From positions 672,001 to 736,000 of the forward strand of contig OZ242180.1 in NCBI GenBank assembly GCA_965205485.1: 64,000 nucleotides of DNA, in the 5' to 3' direction. The DNA comes from Candidatus Latescibacterota bacterium. GTDB lineage: Bacteria; Latescibacterota; UBA2968; GCA-2709665. The translations under genes were made by a program, and so were the position numbers. The notes below the pieces were generated by a model. It searched no databases, was not told the origin of the DNA, and saw nothing but the letters and a program-made list of their open reading frames with translations. Below, in pieces: positions 51,557 through 61,181 of the stretch; within the stretch, counting starts at the first letter, position 1, and each line of letters opens with the position of its first letter.

Positions 51557-52339
51557 TCAGTTATCGGTTGTCTGATCCGTAGATGCTTCGATCTGTGTCC
51601 GGACTACAAAGGGTGTATCGTACCCGTAAGTCTGCAGCCTTTCCACGAGCCCTTCTGCGGCTTCCCTCGTTCGGAAATTACCAATCCGTACCTTGAAGTA
51701 CGGAGGCTCGGATTCCATGTAAACGTCGTCCTGACCCAGGGTGTCCCGGACCTTGGCCATCTCGCCCAAAGCGGCCGCCCGGTTCGATGTCGCGAAAACC
51801 TGGACGCGGAAGCCGAACACCGGATCCGGACCGTAGACATCGGCGCGAGGCAGTTCGATCCTGGTTCGTACGATGAATGCTTCCGGATACCCCTGGCTCT
51901 TGGCCAGGTGACGCAGGGATTCAACCTCCGTCGCAGTTCGTCCGTTTCCGGCGTGAATCTTATGCAGGCCTGTGTCCGGGTCACGGTAGACGTGAACCCT
52001 TACGCCCAATTTGGTTTCCGCTTCGCCTTTAACGATTCCGGCCCGCCCGGGACTCGATACGACCGCGATCTGCACGCGATATCCGTCGAGTCGGACGACG
52101 GACGGCGCTTCTTCGGCAGTTTGATCGACCGAGGGCGTTTCCGCCCCGGCAGTCGGTTTCAGCAGGAAGTCATCGTCGTTGAGACTTTGCGGATCGAAGG
52201 TCTCCTCAACGACCGCGGCGGGGTGAGCGATTCCCCGGCCTGGAGCCGCGCACGCCGCGTTTAACGCCAGCAGACCACCCAGGAAAAGAACGCCGAATCG
52301 TCGTGTGATCGAACAGGACACGGCCAGCCGTCCCAACAT
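51557..52339 (-). CDS. SPOR-domain lipoprotein (two SPOR domains)
   Basis: GYRVQI...GYPEAFIV and GFRVQVFA...FKVRIGNF...GYDTPFVV. Confidence 0.85.
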   Translation of the reverse strand: MLGRLAVSCSITRRFGVLFLGGLLALNAACAAPGRGIAHPAAVVEETFDPQSLNDDDFLLKPTAGAETPSVDQTAEEAPSVVRLDGYRVQIAVVSSPGRAGIVKGEAETKLGVRVHVYRDPDTGLHKIHAGNGRTATEVESLRHLAKSQGYPEAFIVRTRIELPRADVYGPDPVFGFRVQVFATSNRAAALGEMAKVRDTLGQDDVYMESEPPYFKVRIGNFRTREAAEGLVERLQTYGYDTPFVVRTQIEASTDQTTDN

Positions 52340-52369
52340 CTTGTTATATCGAGAAATGTACTATACCAT

Positions 52370-52398
52370 ATATTACGGCACAAAGTCGACTTTGTCAA
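52370..52398 (-). promoter_or_regulatory. Sigma70 promoter with an overlapping 16-bp perfect palindrome
   Basis: TTGACA-N17-TAATAT on the minus strand; acaaagtcgactttgt at 52380-52395. Confidence 0.65.
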
Positions 52399-52591
52399 TA
52401 GATTGAGCGTCGTTATTTACGGGAAATAAGGCATTTAGACTGCTTTTTCACAATTGCCGGAAGGGATGGTCCCGGTATCTTCACTCGGGCGCCGGAATTC
52501 GGCTCCCGCGAACGGCCCGACCCTTTCCCTGAAGGGTCGGATGACGTGACGGAGACCGCCATGGAAAATCACGAATATGTACAGCCGTTTT

Positions 52592-53599
52592 TCACGCCGG
52601 CAGCGCCAGGATCAGGACCCACATGGACTGTTTACCCACGGTATAGGTCCTTAAAGGACTCAGCCGGCCGGTTTGTGCGTCAATCCGGTATGACGCCAGT
52701 TTTCCGGAATCCTGGCCGCCGGCAAAGAGAAAATGACCCGCGGGATCGATCCCGAATGCCCTGGGTACGGGTTCCGTTCGCTGAATCCCGATGCCCGTGA
52801 GACGGCCGGTCCCGTCGACCGCAAAACACGCGATGCTGTCGTGGCCCCGGTTGGAAACATAAAGAGACCTGCCCGACGGGTGGATGTGGATTTGCGCGCA
52901 CGTGTTTTCTCCTTTGAAGCCCTCAGGCAGGGTGGACAGCGTCTGCAAAGGTTCGAGTACGCCTGAACTGGCGTCCAGCAGATATGCGGTTACGCTGCTG
53001 CCCTGTTCATTGGACGAGTAGACCGTATTCAGTTCCGGATGGAACGCCAGGTGCCGGGGACCCACATCGGGTCCGTGGGACGTCCGTGAGACCTCCCGTA
53101 ACGCGCCCGTTTCCTCGTTGAAACGAAATCCTATAATCGTATTGGATTCGCCCACGTGAGGCAGGAACGCCAGACGATTCGACGGATCCGTCAGAATGAA
53201 GTGGGCTTTAGGCAACGTATTGGTTGTGTGGACGGGCGAGTCGCTGAGCGTCCCGTCTTGCCGGATGGCGTGCACATACGCCATCCCACCACCGTAGGAG
53301 GCTGAAAGCAGAAAGCGTCCATTTCGATCCGTACTCAGATAACACGCGTCGAATTCCACGGATACCGAGCCCAGAAGGGTAAGACCGCCCGTGCCTGCAT
53401 CGACTGAATAAGCTGAGATCTCGCGCGCGCCGCGCCTGCTCAGATACAGGTATTCTCGATCCGGGTCAACGGCAAGCGGTCCGGGCGCGCGTTCTGCGGG
53501 GATACTGTACTCGAAATCGAGATCGCCCGTTCCGGGATCCATCCGATACTTCAGAATCCTGTCTTCGCTGGAAACAGTGATGTACGCATGGTAATTCAT
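52592..53599 (-). CDS. Lactonase family protein (6-phosphogluconolactonase Pgl-like beta-propeller)
   Basis: SASYGGG, GPRHLAFHP, LYVSNRGHDSIA, PRAFGIDP. Confidence 0.9.
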   Translation of the reverse strand: MNYHAYITVSSEDRILKYRMDPGTGDLDFEYSIPAERAPGPLAVDPDREYLYLSRRGAREISAYSVDAGTGGLTLLGSVSVEFDACYLSTDRNGRFLLSASYGGGMAYVHAIRQDGTLSDSPVHTTNTLPKAHFILTDPSNRLAFLPHVGESNTIIGFRFNEETGALREVSRTSHGPDVGPRHLAFHPELNTVYSSNEQGSSVTAYLLDASSGVLEPLQTLSTLPEGFKGENTCAQIHIHPSGRSLYVSNRGHDSIACFAVDGTGRLTGIGIQRTEPVPRAFGIDPAGHFLFAGGQDSGKLASYRIDAQTGRLSPLRTYTVGKQSMWVLILALPA

Positions 53600-53921
53600 C
53601 GTTTGTCCGTTCAACGACGGGCATTCAATGCCGTTCTCATTTTGTTTTTCCGGGTGGGAAAAGGCGAAGTAACGACGGCCCCCAAATGCCTTCGACAGAC
53701 TCTATTAATCCAGATTCGGACCATTATAACTTGCCTGAATCATGCACGCAAGTGTTTTCTGTATCGGTATTTAGACCGAATCCCCGCTTCGCGCAGCCCT
53801 CCCCTGACTGCGGACTTTGGGGGGTTTAGACCTATGTCAGAAGACCACTCGGAACGGCCGTTCAGGGTTCGGGTTGTGGTATAAGTGCGTATGGACTGCA
53901 AAGTTCAGCGTGCGATTGACC

Positions 53922-53950
53922 TTGACCACGCTTATATACTCCGATATATT
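53922..53950 (+). promoter_or_regulatory. Putative sigma70 promoter of the ABC-2 operon
   Basis: TTGACC-N17-TATATT. Confidence 0.5.
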
Positions 53951-54029
53951 ATACATTGTTCCCGGACCGACGTATACAGATCTTCGAAACTAATGCGAGT
54001 CTATCTATAAATCATTGAAAATAATTAAC

Positions 54030-54083
54030 ATGAAAACATCACTCCGCGCCTTCAGGGCAAAACCGAAGTGCCCTGGGGGCTGA
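54030..54083 (+). CDS. Putative leader peptide MKTSLRAFRAKPKCPGG
   Basis: 17-codon ORF overlapping a 12-bp hairpin, upstream of a terminator that precedes the ABC operon; no strong SD. Confidence 0.45.
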   Translation: MKTSLRAFRAKPKCPGG

Positions 54084-54127
54084 ATATACGGCGGCCTTTC
54101 GGAGGCCAGGCCCGGTTGACGGCTATC

Positions 54128-54166
54128 GCCCGTTGTCGAGGTTATCTCGACAGCGGGCTTTTTGTT
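54128..54166 (+). terminator. Intrinsic terminator in the 5' leader (attenuator-like)
   Basis: gcccgttgtcgag-gttat-ctcgacagcgggc-ttttgttt, about 47 nt before the ATPase start. Confidence 0.8.
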
Positions 54167-54212
54167 TGCTGGTCGCAGCCGCATGCCAATTCGGAAAGGA
54201 AGGAGAGCGACG

Positions 54213-55196
54213 ATGCCTCACATTCTCGTTGATAGACTGGTGAAGACGTTTCGCATCGCTGAACGGAAACCTGGCCTCCGGGGCGCGCTCACGGGCGTGA
54301 TCAACCGGCGCCACCGCACCGTAAGCGCGCTGGGCGGGATCTCATTCACCATTCAGCCGGGTGAACTCGTCGGTTACATCGGCCCCAACGGCGCAGGCAA
54401 GTCCACGACCGTCAAGGTCCTCTCAGGCATCCTCGTGCCCGATTCGGGCCGCTGCGAGATCCTGGGACGCGTACCATGGAAGGAACGCATTTCACACGTT
54501 CGCGATATCGGCGTCGTCTTCGGACAGCGCACCCAGCTCTGGTGGGACCTGCCGGTTATCGAATCCTTCGACCTGCTCCGCGACATATACCGCGTCTCAC
54601 AGTCCGACTACGTCCGCGCCCGCGACGAACTCGTCGCCCTGCTCGATCTGGACTCGCTTCTCGACGTCCCCGTACGCCAGCTTTCCCTCGGCCAGCGCAT
54701 GGGCTGCGACCTGGCCGCAGCCCTCCTCCATTCTCCTCCGCTCCTGTTCCTGGACGAGCCCACCATCGGTCTGGACGCCGTCTCCAAGCTTGGGGTCCGC
54801 GACTTTGTCAAACGCCTCAACAGGGAACGCGGCGTTACCGTCATCCTCACGACGCACGACATGGACGATATCGAAGCCCTCTGTACCCGCGTCATGGTCA
54901 TCGGCCAGGGAAGAATCCTCTCCGACGGTACACTGAAGGACCTGACGGAACGCGTCACCCGGCAACGGCGGCTCACCGTGGACCTGGTCGACGGTACTGA
55001 AACCGTTCAGGACCCGGACGCCGAAGTTGTCCGGCGGGACGGACACAGGATTCACCTCAGCTTCGATCCTGAGCGGGTCTCCGCGGCAACCCTCATCGGT
55101 CGTATCGCTGCCCGGCACCCTGTCCGGGACCTCTATGTGGAAAGCCCGCCCATCGAAGAAGTCATCGCCCGGATGTACGAGCAGGAGGAGCTATGA
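54213..55196 (+). CDS. ABC exporter ATP-binding protein (DrrA/NatA-like)
   Basis: GPNGAGKST, FGQRTQLWWDLP, LSLGQRM, LDEPTIGLD. Confidence 0.92.
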   Translation: MPHILVDRLVKTFRIAERKPGLRGALTGVINRRHRTVSALGGISFTIQPGELVGYIGPNGAGKSTTVKVLSGILVPDSGRCEILGRVPWKERISHVRDIGVVFGQRTQLWWDLPVIESFDLLRDIYRVSQSDYVRARDELVALLDLDSLLDVPVRQLSLGQRMGCDLAAALLHSPPLLFLDEPTIGLDAVSKLGVRDFVKRLNRERGVTVILTTHDMDDIEALCTRVMVIGQGRILSDGTLKDLTERVTRQRRLTVDLVDGTETVQDPDAEVVRRDGHRIHLSFDPERVSAATLIGRIAARHPVRDLYVESPPIEEVIARMYEQEEL

Positions 55197-55984
55197 AAGC
55201 CTACGCAGCCGTGATCAGCGCCAGGTTCCGGATGATGCTGCAATACCGGGTGGCGGCCCTCGCGGGACTGGGCACGCAGGTATTCTGGGGCCTGATCCGC
55301 ATGATGTTCTTCACCGCATTCTATAACTCCACCACGGCCCCGCAGCCGATGAACCTGACCGACGTCATCACCTACGTCTGGCTGGGCCAGGCACTTCTTG
55401 GCATGCTGCCCTGGATTATCGACCGGGAAATGCGCGAGATGATCCGGTCCGGGGCGGTAGCCTACGAACTCGTGCGGCCGCTGGACCTGTATGCCTTCTG
55501 GTTCTGCCGGGACCTCGCCAGGCGAACCGCCCCGACGCTGCTGCGTGCGGTCCCGATGTTTGTCATTGCCGGGCTCTTCTTCGGCCTTCAGCCGCCGCCC
55601 TCGTGGGCGTCAGCCGGCGCGTGGGCCCTGGCAACCCTCGGAGCCCTTATGCTCGGCGCCTCGATAGCGAACCTGCTCAACATCTCCATGTTCTGGACCG
55701 TCTCCGGACAGGGTATCTCCACCCTGATGGTTGCCGCTGTCGCGATCTTTTCCGGCATGTATGTCCCGCTGCCGTTTTTTCCGGAATGGGCGCAGACCGT
55801 ACTGAACATCATGCCGTTCCGAGGCCTTGTCGATGTGCCTTTCCGCCTCTATATGGGTCACATTTCTCCTTCGGAAATCGTCTCACTCTTCGCGCACCAG
55901 TTGGCCTGGACGCTGGGTCTGATCGTTCTGGGACGCCTTCTGCTTGCCCGGGGGACCCGCCGCCTCGTTTTCCAGGGAGGATAA
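55193..55984 (+). CDS. ABC-2 family permease
   Basis: QYR, IRSGAVAYELVRP, C-terminal QGG; ATGA overlap with the ATPase. Confidence 0.9.
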   Translation: MKAYAAVISARFRMMLQYRVAALAGLGTQVFWGLIRMMFFTAFYNSTTAPQPMNLTDVITYVWLGQALLGMLPWIIDREMREMIRSGAVAYELVRPLDLYAFWFCRDLARRTAPTLLRAVPMFVIAGLFFGLQPPPSWASAGAWALATLGALMLGASIANLLNISMFWTVSGQGISTLMVAAVAIFSGMYVPLPFFPEWAQTVLNIMPFRGLVDVPFRLYMGHISPSEIVSLFAHQLAWTLGLIVLGRLLLARGTRRLVFQGG

Positions 55985-55988
55985 TGCG

Positions 55989-56792
55989 ATGAAAAACGCC
56001 CTTCGTCTCTATATCAGCTACGTCGCAATTTCCGTTCGCGGCCAGATGCAGTACCGGGCATCGTTCGTGATGCTGGCCGCGGGGTACTTTCTGATGACCG
56101 GGCTGGATTTCGCCGCTCTCTGGGTGCTGTTCGATCATTTCGGAAGCATCCATGGATGGACCCTTCCGGAAGTGGCGCTGCTCTACGGGTTGGTCAATAT
56201 TGCCTTCGCCCTCGCCGAGGCTACTGCCAGGGGATTCGACACGTTTGGGACGTGGGTTAAGAGCGGCGATTTCGACCGGCTGTTGCTACGCCCTCGAAGT
56301 ACGGTTCTGCAACTGGCTGGCCAGGAACTCCACCTCCTGCGCATCGGGCGGTTGCTCCAGGGTCTCGCCGTACTTCTTTGGGCACAGTACACGCTGGAGG
56401 TGCCCTGGACGGCCGCCTCGGCCGCGCTCGCGGCAGGCGCCATTCTGGGCGGGGTCGGCCTTTTTGTCGGCTTGTTCATTCTTCAGGCCACCCTCGCCTT
56501 CTGGACCACGGAAGGCCTGGAAATCGCCAACGCGCTCACCAACGGAGGCACAGAAACCGCCCAGTACCCTCTGGTGATCTACCCCCGCTGGTTCCGCCGT
56601 TTCTTCACGTACGTGGTCCCACTGGCCGGCATTTCCTACTTTCCCGCCCTCGAGATACTGGACCGGGCCGATCCCCTCGGGACTGCCGCATGGGTGCGGT
56701 GGATGTCCCCTCTGGCCGGCATCATATTCCTGCTCATCGCGCTGCGCGTCTGGAATCTGGGCGTCCGCCACTATCGGTCGACCGGAAGCTGA
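55989..56792 (+). CDS. ABC-2 family permease
   Basis: MQYRASF, GDFDRLLLRP, QYP..IYP, C-terminal YRSTGS. Confidence 0.9.
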   Translation: MKNALRLYISYVAISVRGQMQYRASFVMLAAGYFLMTGLDFAALWVLFDHFGSIHGWTLPEVALLYGLVNIAFALAEATARGFDTFGTWVKSGDFDRLLLRPRSTVLQLAGQELHLLRIGRLLQGLAVLLWAQYTLEVPWTAASAALAAGAILGGVGLFVGLFILQATLAFWTTEGLEIANALTNGGTETAQYPLVIYPRWFRRFFTYVVPLAGISYFPALEILDRADPLGTAAWVRWMSPLAGIIFLLIALRVWNLGVRHYRSTGS

Positions 56793-56969
56793 TCCACCGG
56801 TAAACCCCCGTTTCTGCCGGTGTCCTTCCGGAACAGCGCTTGTGCCGGCTCTCGACGGATTCGGTTGAAATACCCTCGCGATTTGGCTAATTTCCATACG
56901 TGAAGAGAGCCATCAGCTATCAGTCCTCAGCTGTCAGCAAGAGGCGGAACCTCTCCCCGCGGCCGCCCA

Positions 56970-57147
56970 GACCTCTCTCCCCGGCCCTCTCTCCCGCGGG
57001 AGAGAGGGAGCAAACCGATACGTCGCGTGCCGAGCCTCTATAAACATTGTGATCGACAGGATTTCGCCTTCCGGCACATTTCCAATCACAGTGCATCGAC
57101 CCATCGCCATTCCCCCTTCCTTTAGGAAGGGGGCAAGGGGGTAGGTC
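56970..57147. repeat. Inverted pair of REP-like palindromes
   Basis: ccctctctcccgcgggagagaggg (56985-57008, perfect palindrome) and cccccttcctttaggaaggggg (57112-57133), flanked by gacct...aggtc. Confidence 0.6.
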
Positions 57148-57179
57148 CGACCCCGTACCGAGTTGTTCGTACAAACGAA

Positions 57180-59303
57180 ATGATCAATCTCTCCCTATAT
57201 GACACGATCTGGCTGGTAGGCGGAGCAATCGCCGCCGGACTGCTCTGGGGCATTTTCGTATCCGCCATTAAGCGCAGGGGCACGCCGCTTCCGTTGCTGC
57301 TGTTGATTGCTGCGGGTGCCCTGTGGTATACGGGCGATGCGCTGCGGATCCTGATAGAACAAGCGTCGCCGGGTGCTCTCGCGGCGGCCTATGCGGCACA
57401 GGTCGCACGCTTTGGAACGTGCTTCCTTCCTTCAGCTTTACTGGCGACGGTCCTGATTTCAGCTGATGAACAAAGGAACAGGATCGCCGACGGGTTGCGA
57501 CGCAATCTCGTTCCATTCGCGATCGTCCCCGGCTTGATCGTATTCGCTATTGGACTGTGGGAAGTGCCGCTGAAACGAGTGACCTTCAGCGTATACGCCA
57601 TTGCCGCGCTGCTGTCTTCGGCGTGGCTCTGCCGTGGGTTCGCCAGGCAGTTGACAACCGAGGTGCAACGGTCGTTTTACCGGCAGACGGCGCTCGCGCT
57701 GACCGGTATCGCCATTCTGGCCTTTGTCGCATATCCCCTGGGAGGAATCAACCTCCCTCTCGCCGGACCGGCGTTCGACCTCGCGCTGTTTCTGTCGCCG
57801 ATCGCGCCGGCCTACATTCTCGGTTACTACATCTACAGGTACAGTTTTTTCCGGATCGTGGTGAATCCCGCGCTGCTCTATTCGGCGCTGACGGGGATCG
57901 TGCTCACAGTCTATCTGCTTGTGATCCGGCGCGTCGCCGAAGAGCTCGGGCGCCTGGGCGGCGGGTTCCGGGTGGAAGTCGTCGAGGCGGTTCTGATCTC
58001 GCTGCTGATCTTCCTCTTTCAGCCAGTCAAGAATCGGTTGCAGGGGGTCATCAACCGGCTGTTCTTTAAAGCGCGGTACGAATACCAGCACCTGCTGGGG
58101 ACACTGAGCCAGACGCTGAACGTGCCGGATGCGCTGGAGAGCCGGTTGAAGGCGGTTGTGGACGCCGTGGGTACAGTACTCAAGGTCCACCTTGTTTCGC
58201 TGGTGTTGTTTGACAGCGAGGACGGGCGCGTCGATCACGTGAGGGTAATCTCGGGAGGCGGACTGGCCGGTTTCGATCCTCCCGCGTCGCCGTTCAGCCG
58301 AAGTGAGGGGAACCGGGAGCAGGTTCGGCAGGTGGCGGACTGGATGTTGTCCCACCGCAGAGCGCTGGACGTGGGCGAATTGCATCGTCCGGCGCTCGCC
58401 GCGATCCTTGCGGAACAGGGCGTCCGGCTTTGCATACCGGTATTGCATGAGGAGAGGCTGGCCGGTTTTCTTTGCCTCGGAGAGAAGAAACGCAGCGTTC
58501 CCTTTTCGTCAGAGGAATGGGAACTGCTCGGTACGCTGTGCAATCAGATTGCGCTGGCGGTGGAGAATACGCGCCTGGTGGAGCGCCGGCTGCAGCTGGA
58601 ACGGCGCATGTACGAGGCGGAGCGGCTCTCCGGGCTGGGACTGCTTTCTGCGAGCATCGCTCACGAGGTGAAGAATCCACTGAGTTCGATGAAGGCGATT
58701 ACCACCGTGCTTCGGGAAGACCTCGAGACCGACCCTGACAAGGCCGGCGATCTGACAGTCGTTTTGAACGAAATCGACCGGTTGGGCCACGTCGTGGACA
58801 GGCTCCTCAGGTTTGCGCAGCCGAAACACGGGGATACATTTGAGCCCGTGGACATCAAGGGCGTTCTCGACGACGTCGTCCTGATCCTGTCGCACGAGGC
58901 GGAACGGCGGAAGGTGGTAATCCGGGCGGAGGTCGCCGGCGGCCTGGTCGTTTCCGGAGATCCTGAGGACCTGAAAGAGGTGTTTTTCAATCTGATCCTG
59001 AACGGAATTCAGGCGATGGACGACTCGGACCGGACGACGGACCGGCAACTGACAGTACGTGCGGGGCGGTCGGACGGGGGCGTTTCGGTTTGGGTATCGG
59101 ATACCGGGCCGGGAATTTCAGGGGAGGCGCTGCCTCACGTCTTTGAACCGTTCTTCACGACAAAGGCTTCGGGGACGGGCCTGGGGCTTGCTACCGTGAA
59201 ACGGGACCTGGAGCGCATGGGAGGATCAATTGGAGTCGAGAATGGGGAGCAGGCCGGGGCGGTGTTCGAAGTTCAACTTCCGGGAGCGAACGATGCGGCA
59301 TAG
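57180..59303 (+). CDS. Membrane sensor histidine kinase (multi-TM + GAF + HisKA + HATPase)
   Basis: Many TM helices, GAF-like LCIPV...LALAVEN region, HEVKNPL, NLILNG, DTGPG, FFTTK.SGTGLGL. Confidence 0.93.
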   Translation: MINLSLYDTIWLVGGAIAAGLLWGIFVSAIKRRGTPLPLLLLIAAGALWYTGDALRILIEQASPGALAAAYAAQVARFGTCFLPSALLATVLISADEQRNRIADGLRRNLVPFAIVPGLIVFAIGLWEVPLKRVTFSVYAIAALLSSAWLCRGFARQLTTEVQRSFYRQTALALTGIAILAFVAYPLGGINLPLAGPAFDLALFLSPIAPAYILGYYIYRYSFFRIVVNPALLYSALTGIVLTVYLLVIRRVAEELGRLGGGFRVEVVEAVLISLLIFLFQPVKNRLQGVINRLFFKARYEYQHLLGTLSQTLNVPDALESRLKAVVDAVGTVLKVHLVSLVLFDSEDGRVDHVRVISGGGLAGFDPPASPFSRSEGNREQVRQVADWMLSHRRALDVGELHRPALAAILAEQGVRLCIPVLHEERLAGFLCLGEKKRSVPFSSEEWELLGTLCNQIALAVENTRLVERRLQLERRMYEAERLSGLGLLSASIAHEVKNPLSSMKAITTVLREDLETDPDKAGDLTVVLNEIDRLGHVVDRLLRFAQPKHGDTFEPVDIKGVLDDVVLILSHEAERRKVVIRAEVAGGLVVSGDPEDLKEVFFNLILNGIQAMDDSDRTTDRQLTVRAGRSDGGVSVWVSDTGPGISGEALPHVFEPFFTTKASGTGLGLATVKRDLERMGGSIGVENGEQAGAVFEVQLPGANDAA

Positions 59304-60690
59304 GATTCTGGTTGTGGACGATGAACGCGCCGCGCGGCTCGGTCTGAAGCGGGCGCTCGCGGCGCTGTCCTGCGAGGTTGTCGAGGCGGGAGACGGTGTG
59401 GCGGCGCTCGAGGAAATCGCACGCGGCGGTCCCGATCTGGTGATCTGCGATATCCAGATGCCGAGAATGGATGGTCTGACGCTGGTGAAGCGGCTGGCCG
59501 AACGGGGAGACCCGCCGCCGATCATCATGATGACCGCGTACGGATCGGAGCGGATTGCCGTGGATGCGATGAAGGCGGGCGCGTACGACTACCTGAGCAA
59601 GCCCTACGACGTGGATGAACTTCGCTGCCTCGTCCAGAATGCGCTCGAGACGATTCGGTTGCGGAAGGAGAACGAAACGCTGCGCGACGAGCTCCGGCGG
59701 CAGTCCGGGTTCGGACTATTGGTCGGCCGCAGCCGCGCCATGGATCGGGTCTGCGACATGATAGGCAAGGTGGCCGGGACCGACGCGGCCGTGCTGGTAA
59801 ACGGCGAAAGCGGGACGGGCAAGGAACTCGTGGCGCGGGCGATTCACGAACAGGGTGGTCGCAAGGACCGTCCGTTTGTGGCCGTGAATGCCGCGGCGCT
59901 ACCCACCGAGTTGATCGAAAGCGAACTGTTCGGCCACGAGAAAGGCGCATTTACAGGGGCTGCTTCAAGGCGGCAGGGCAAATTCGAGTTGGCGGACGGC
60001 GGAACACTTTTTCTGGATGAAGTCGGGGACATGCACCTCGAAACCCAGGCGAAGCTGTTGCGTGTGGTGCAGGAGCAGCGTTTCGAGCGGCTGGGCGGCT
60101 CGGAGACGGTGGCGGTGGACGTTCGGATGATCAGCGCCACCAATCGGGACCTTCCCGGCGAGATCTCCGGAGGGAGGTTCCGGGAAGACCTCTACTACCG
60201 GCTGAGAGTGGTGGAAATTTTCCTGCCCCCGCTGCGCGACCGCCGGGAGGATATCGGGCTGCTGGTCCGGCACTTTCTTGAGCAATACAATCGAAAACAC
60301 GGAAAGGCAATCAAGGAAGTTCCGGCCGGTGTGATGAAGCGATTGACGTCCTATGCCTGGCCGGGCAATATTCGCGAACTGATGCACGCCGTCGAACGTG
60401 CGGTCATCTTCGCGGAGGGTACCGTCCTCAGCCGAGACCTGCTTCCGGAGGAAGTCCGGTCGCACGGTACGGAATCCAGCGCCACTGGAGCGCCCGCATG
60501 GCGGGACGGTATTTTCTTCCAGGATGCAAAGCAGGAGGCTGTACAGAACTTCGAAGCCGCGTTCATACGGTCGGCGCTGGAGCAACACAAGGGCAATATG
60601 AGCAGAACCGCGCCGGCCATCGGCATGAAGAGGCAGGCGCTGCAGCAGAAGGTCAGGGAACTGGGGATCGATCCGGGGATATACAGATAA
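59293..60690 (+). CDS. Sigma-54-dependent response regulator (NtrC/AtoC family)
   Basis: Receiver LVVDD/DIQMP, GESGTGKE, GAFTGA, FLDE, WPGNIRE, Fis-type HTH. Confidence 0.95.
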   Translation: MRHRILVVDDERAARLGLKRALAALSCEVVEAGDGVAALEEIARGGPDLVICDIQMPRMDGLTLVKRLAERGDPPPIIMMTAYGSERIAVDAMKAGAYDYLSKPYDVDELRCLVQNALETIRLRKENETLRDELRRQSGFGLLVGRSRAMDRVCDMIGKVAGTDAAVLVNGESGTGKELVARAIHEQGGRKDRPFVAVNAAALPTELIESELFGHEKGAFTGAASRRQGKFELADGGTLFLDEVGDMHLETQAKLLRVVQEQRFERLGGSETVAVDVRMISATNRDLPGEISGGRFREDLYYRLRVVEIFLPPLRDRREDIGLLVRHFLEQYNRKHGKAIKEVPAGVMKRLTSYAWPGNIRELMHAVERAVIFAEGTVLSRDLLPEEVRSHGTESSATGAPAWRDGIFFQDAKQEAVQNFEAAFIRSALEQHKGNMSRTAPAIGMKRQALQQKVRELGIDPGIYR

Positions 60691-60800
60691 AGGAAGACGG
60701 AAGAAGGTCTACGGAAGAAGGTAGAAGGAAGAGGGCCACACCGCACACCACCGGTCATCAATACGGCCTGGCGATATCAATTCGAGGATGCTTGGTGTTG

Positions 60801-60828
60801 GTAGGGGCGACCGGCCGGTCGCCCTTAC
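60801..60828. repeat. GTAG-type REP palindrome
   Basis: gtaggggcgaccggccggtcgcccttac; the core ggcgaccgg.cggtcgcc also occurs in the hairpin at 45771-45814. Confidence 0.6.
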
Positions 60829-61031
60829 AGATTCCGCGGTGGCATGGGATTTCGTGCGGCCGGCCTATCGCTTTGGACCGTCGCACGCACGAAACGCAGT
60901 TCCAAAGAAACCGAAAGGCGAAAGAAGGCGTGAGATTGTAATTGCATAAAATAAAACCTGATGTTATTGCCCCAAACGATGCCCGAAGACGGAAGATTTG
61001 TCTTCGGGCTTTTTTCGGTTCCTCGTCCGCT

Positions 61032-61076
61032 ACCTGCAAGAACCGAATTGCAGGTGCAAGTTTGGTATTGCACCTG
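61032..61076. promoter_or_regulatory. Tandem palindromic enhancer (UAS) sites, TGCAA-N8-TTGCA x2
   Basis: acctgcaa-gaaccgaa-ttgcaggt (61032-61055) and caggtgcaa-gtttggta-ttgcacctg (61051-61076), 20-bp period. Confidence 0.7.
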
Positions 61077-61136
61077 TCATCCTTTTTTCGTGTCGGATTT
61101 CCGTGGAATCGGCCTGTTTTCGGGCTCAATCCGCTA

Positions 61137-61152
61137 TGGCACGAGGTTTGCA
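61137..61152 (+). promoter_or_regulatory. Sigma-54 (-24/-12) promoter
   Basis: TGGCAC-GAGGT-TTGCA matches the TGGCAC-N5-TTGC consensus; AGGAGG SD and ATG 61182 follow. Confidence 0.85.
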
Positions 61153-61181
61153 CAAGGTGTGCTGCAGGAAAGGAGGACGTT

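Noticed and set aside
53769..53835. Two tttagacc words as possible CRISPR repeats
   Set aside because: Only two 8-nt matches, no array periodicity and no cas genes.
54045..54120. c-di-GMP-I or c-di-AMP riboswitch (cagggcaaaacc, ggggctgaat)
   Set aside because: Only short word matches; the conserved downstream elements of those families are absent.
60840..60856. Second sigma-54-like site tggcatgggatttcg
   Set aside because: Lacks the GC of the -12 element at the required spacing.
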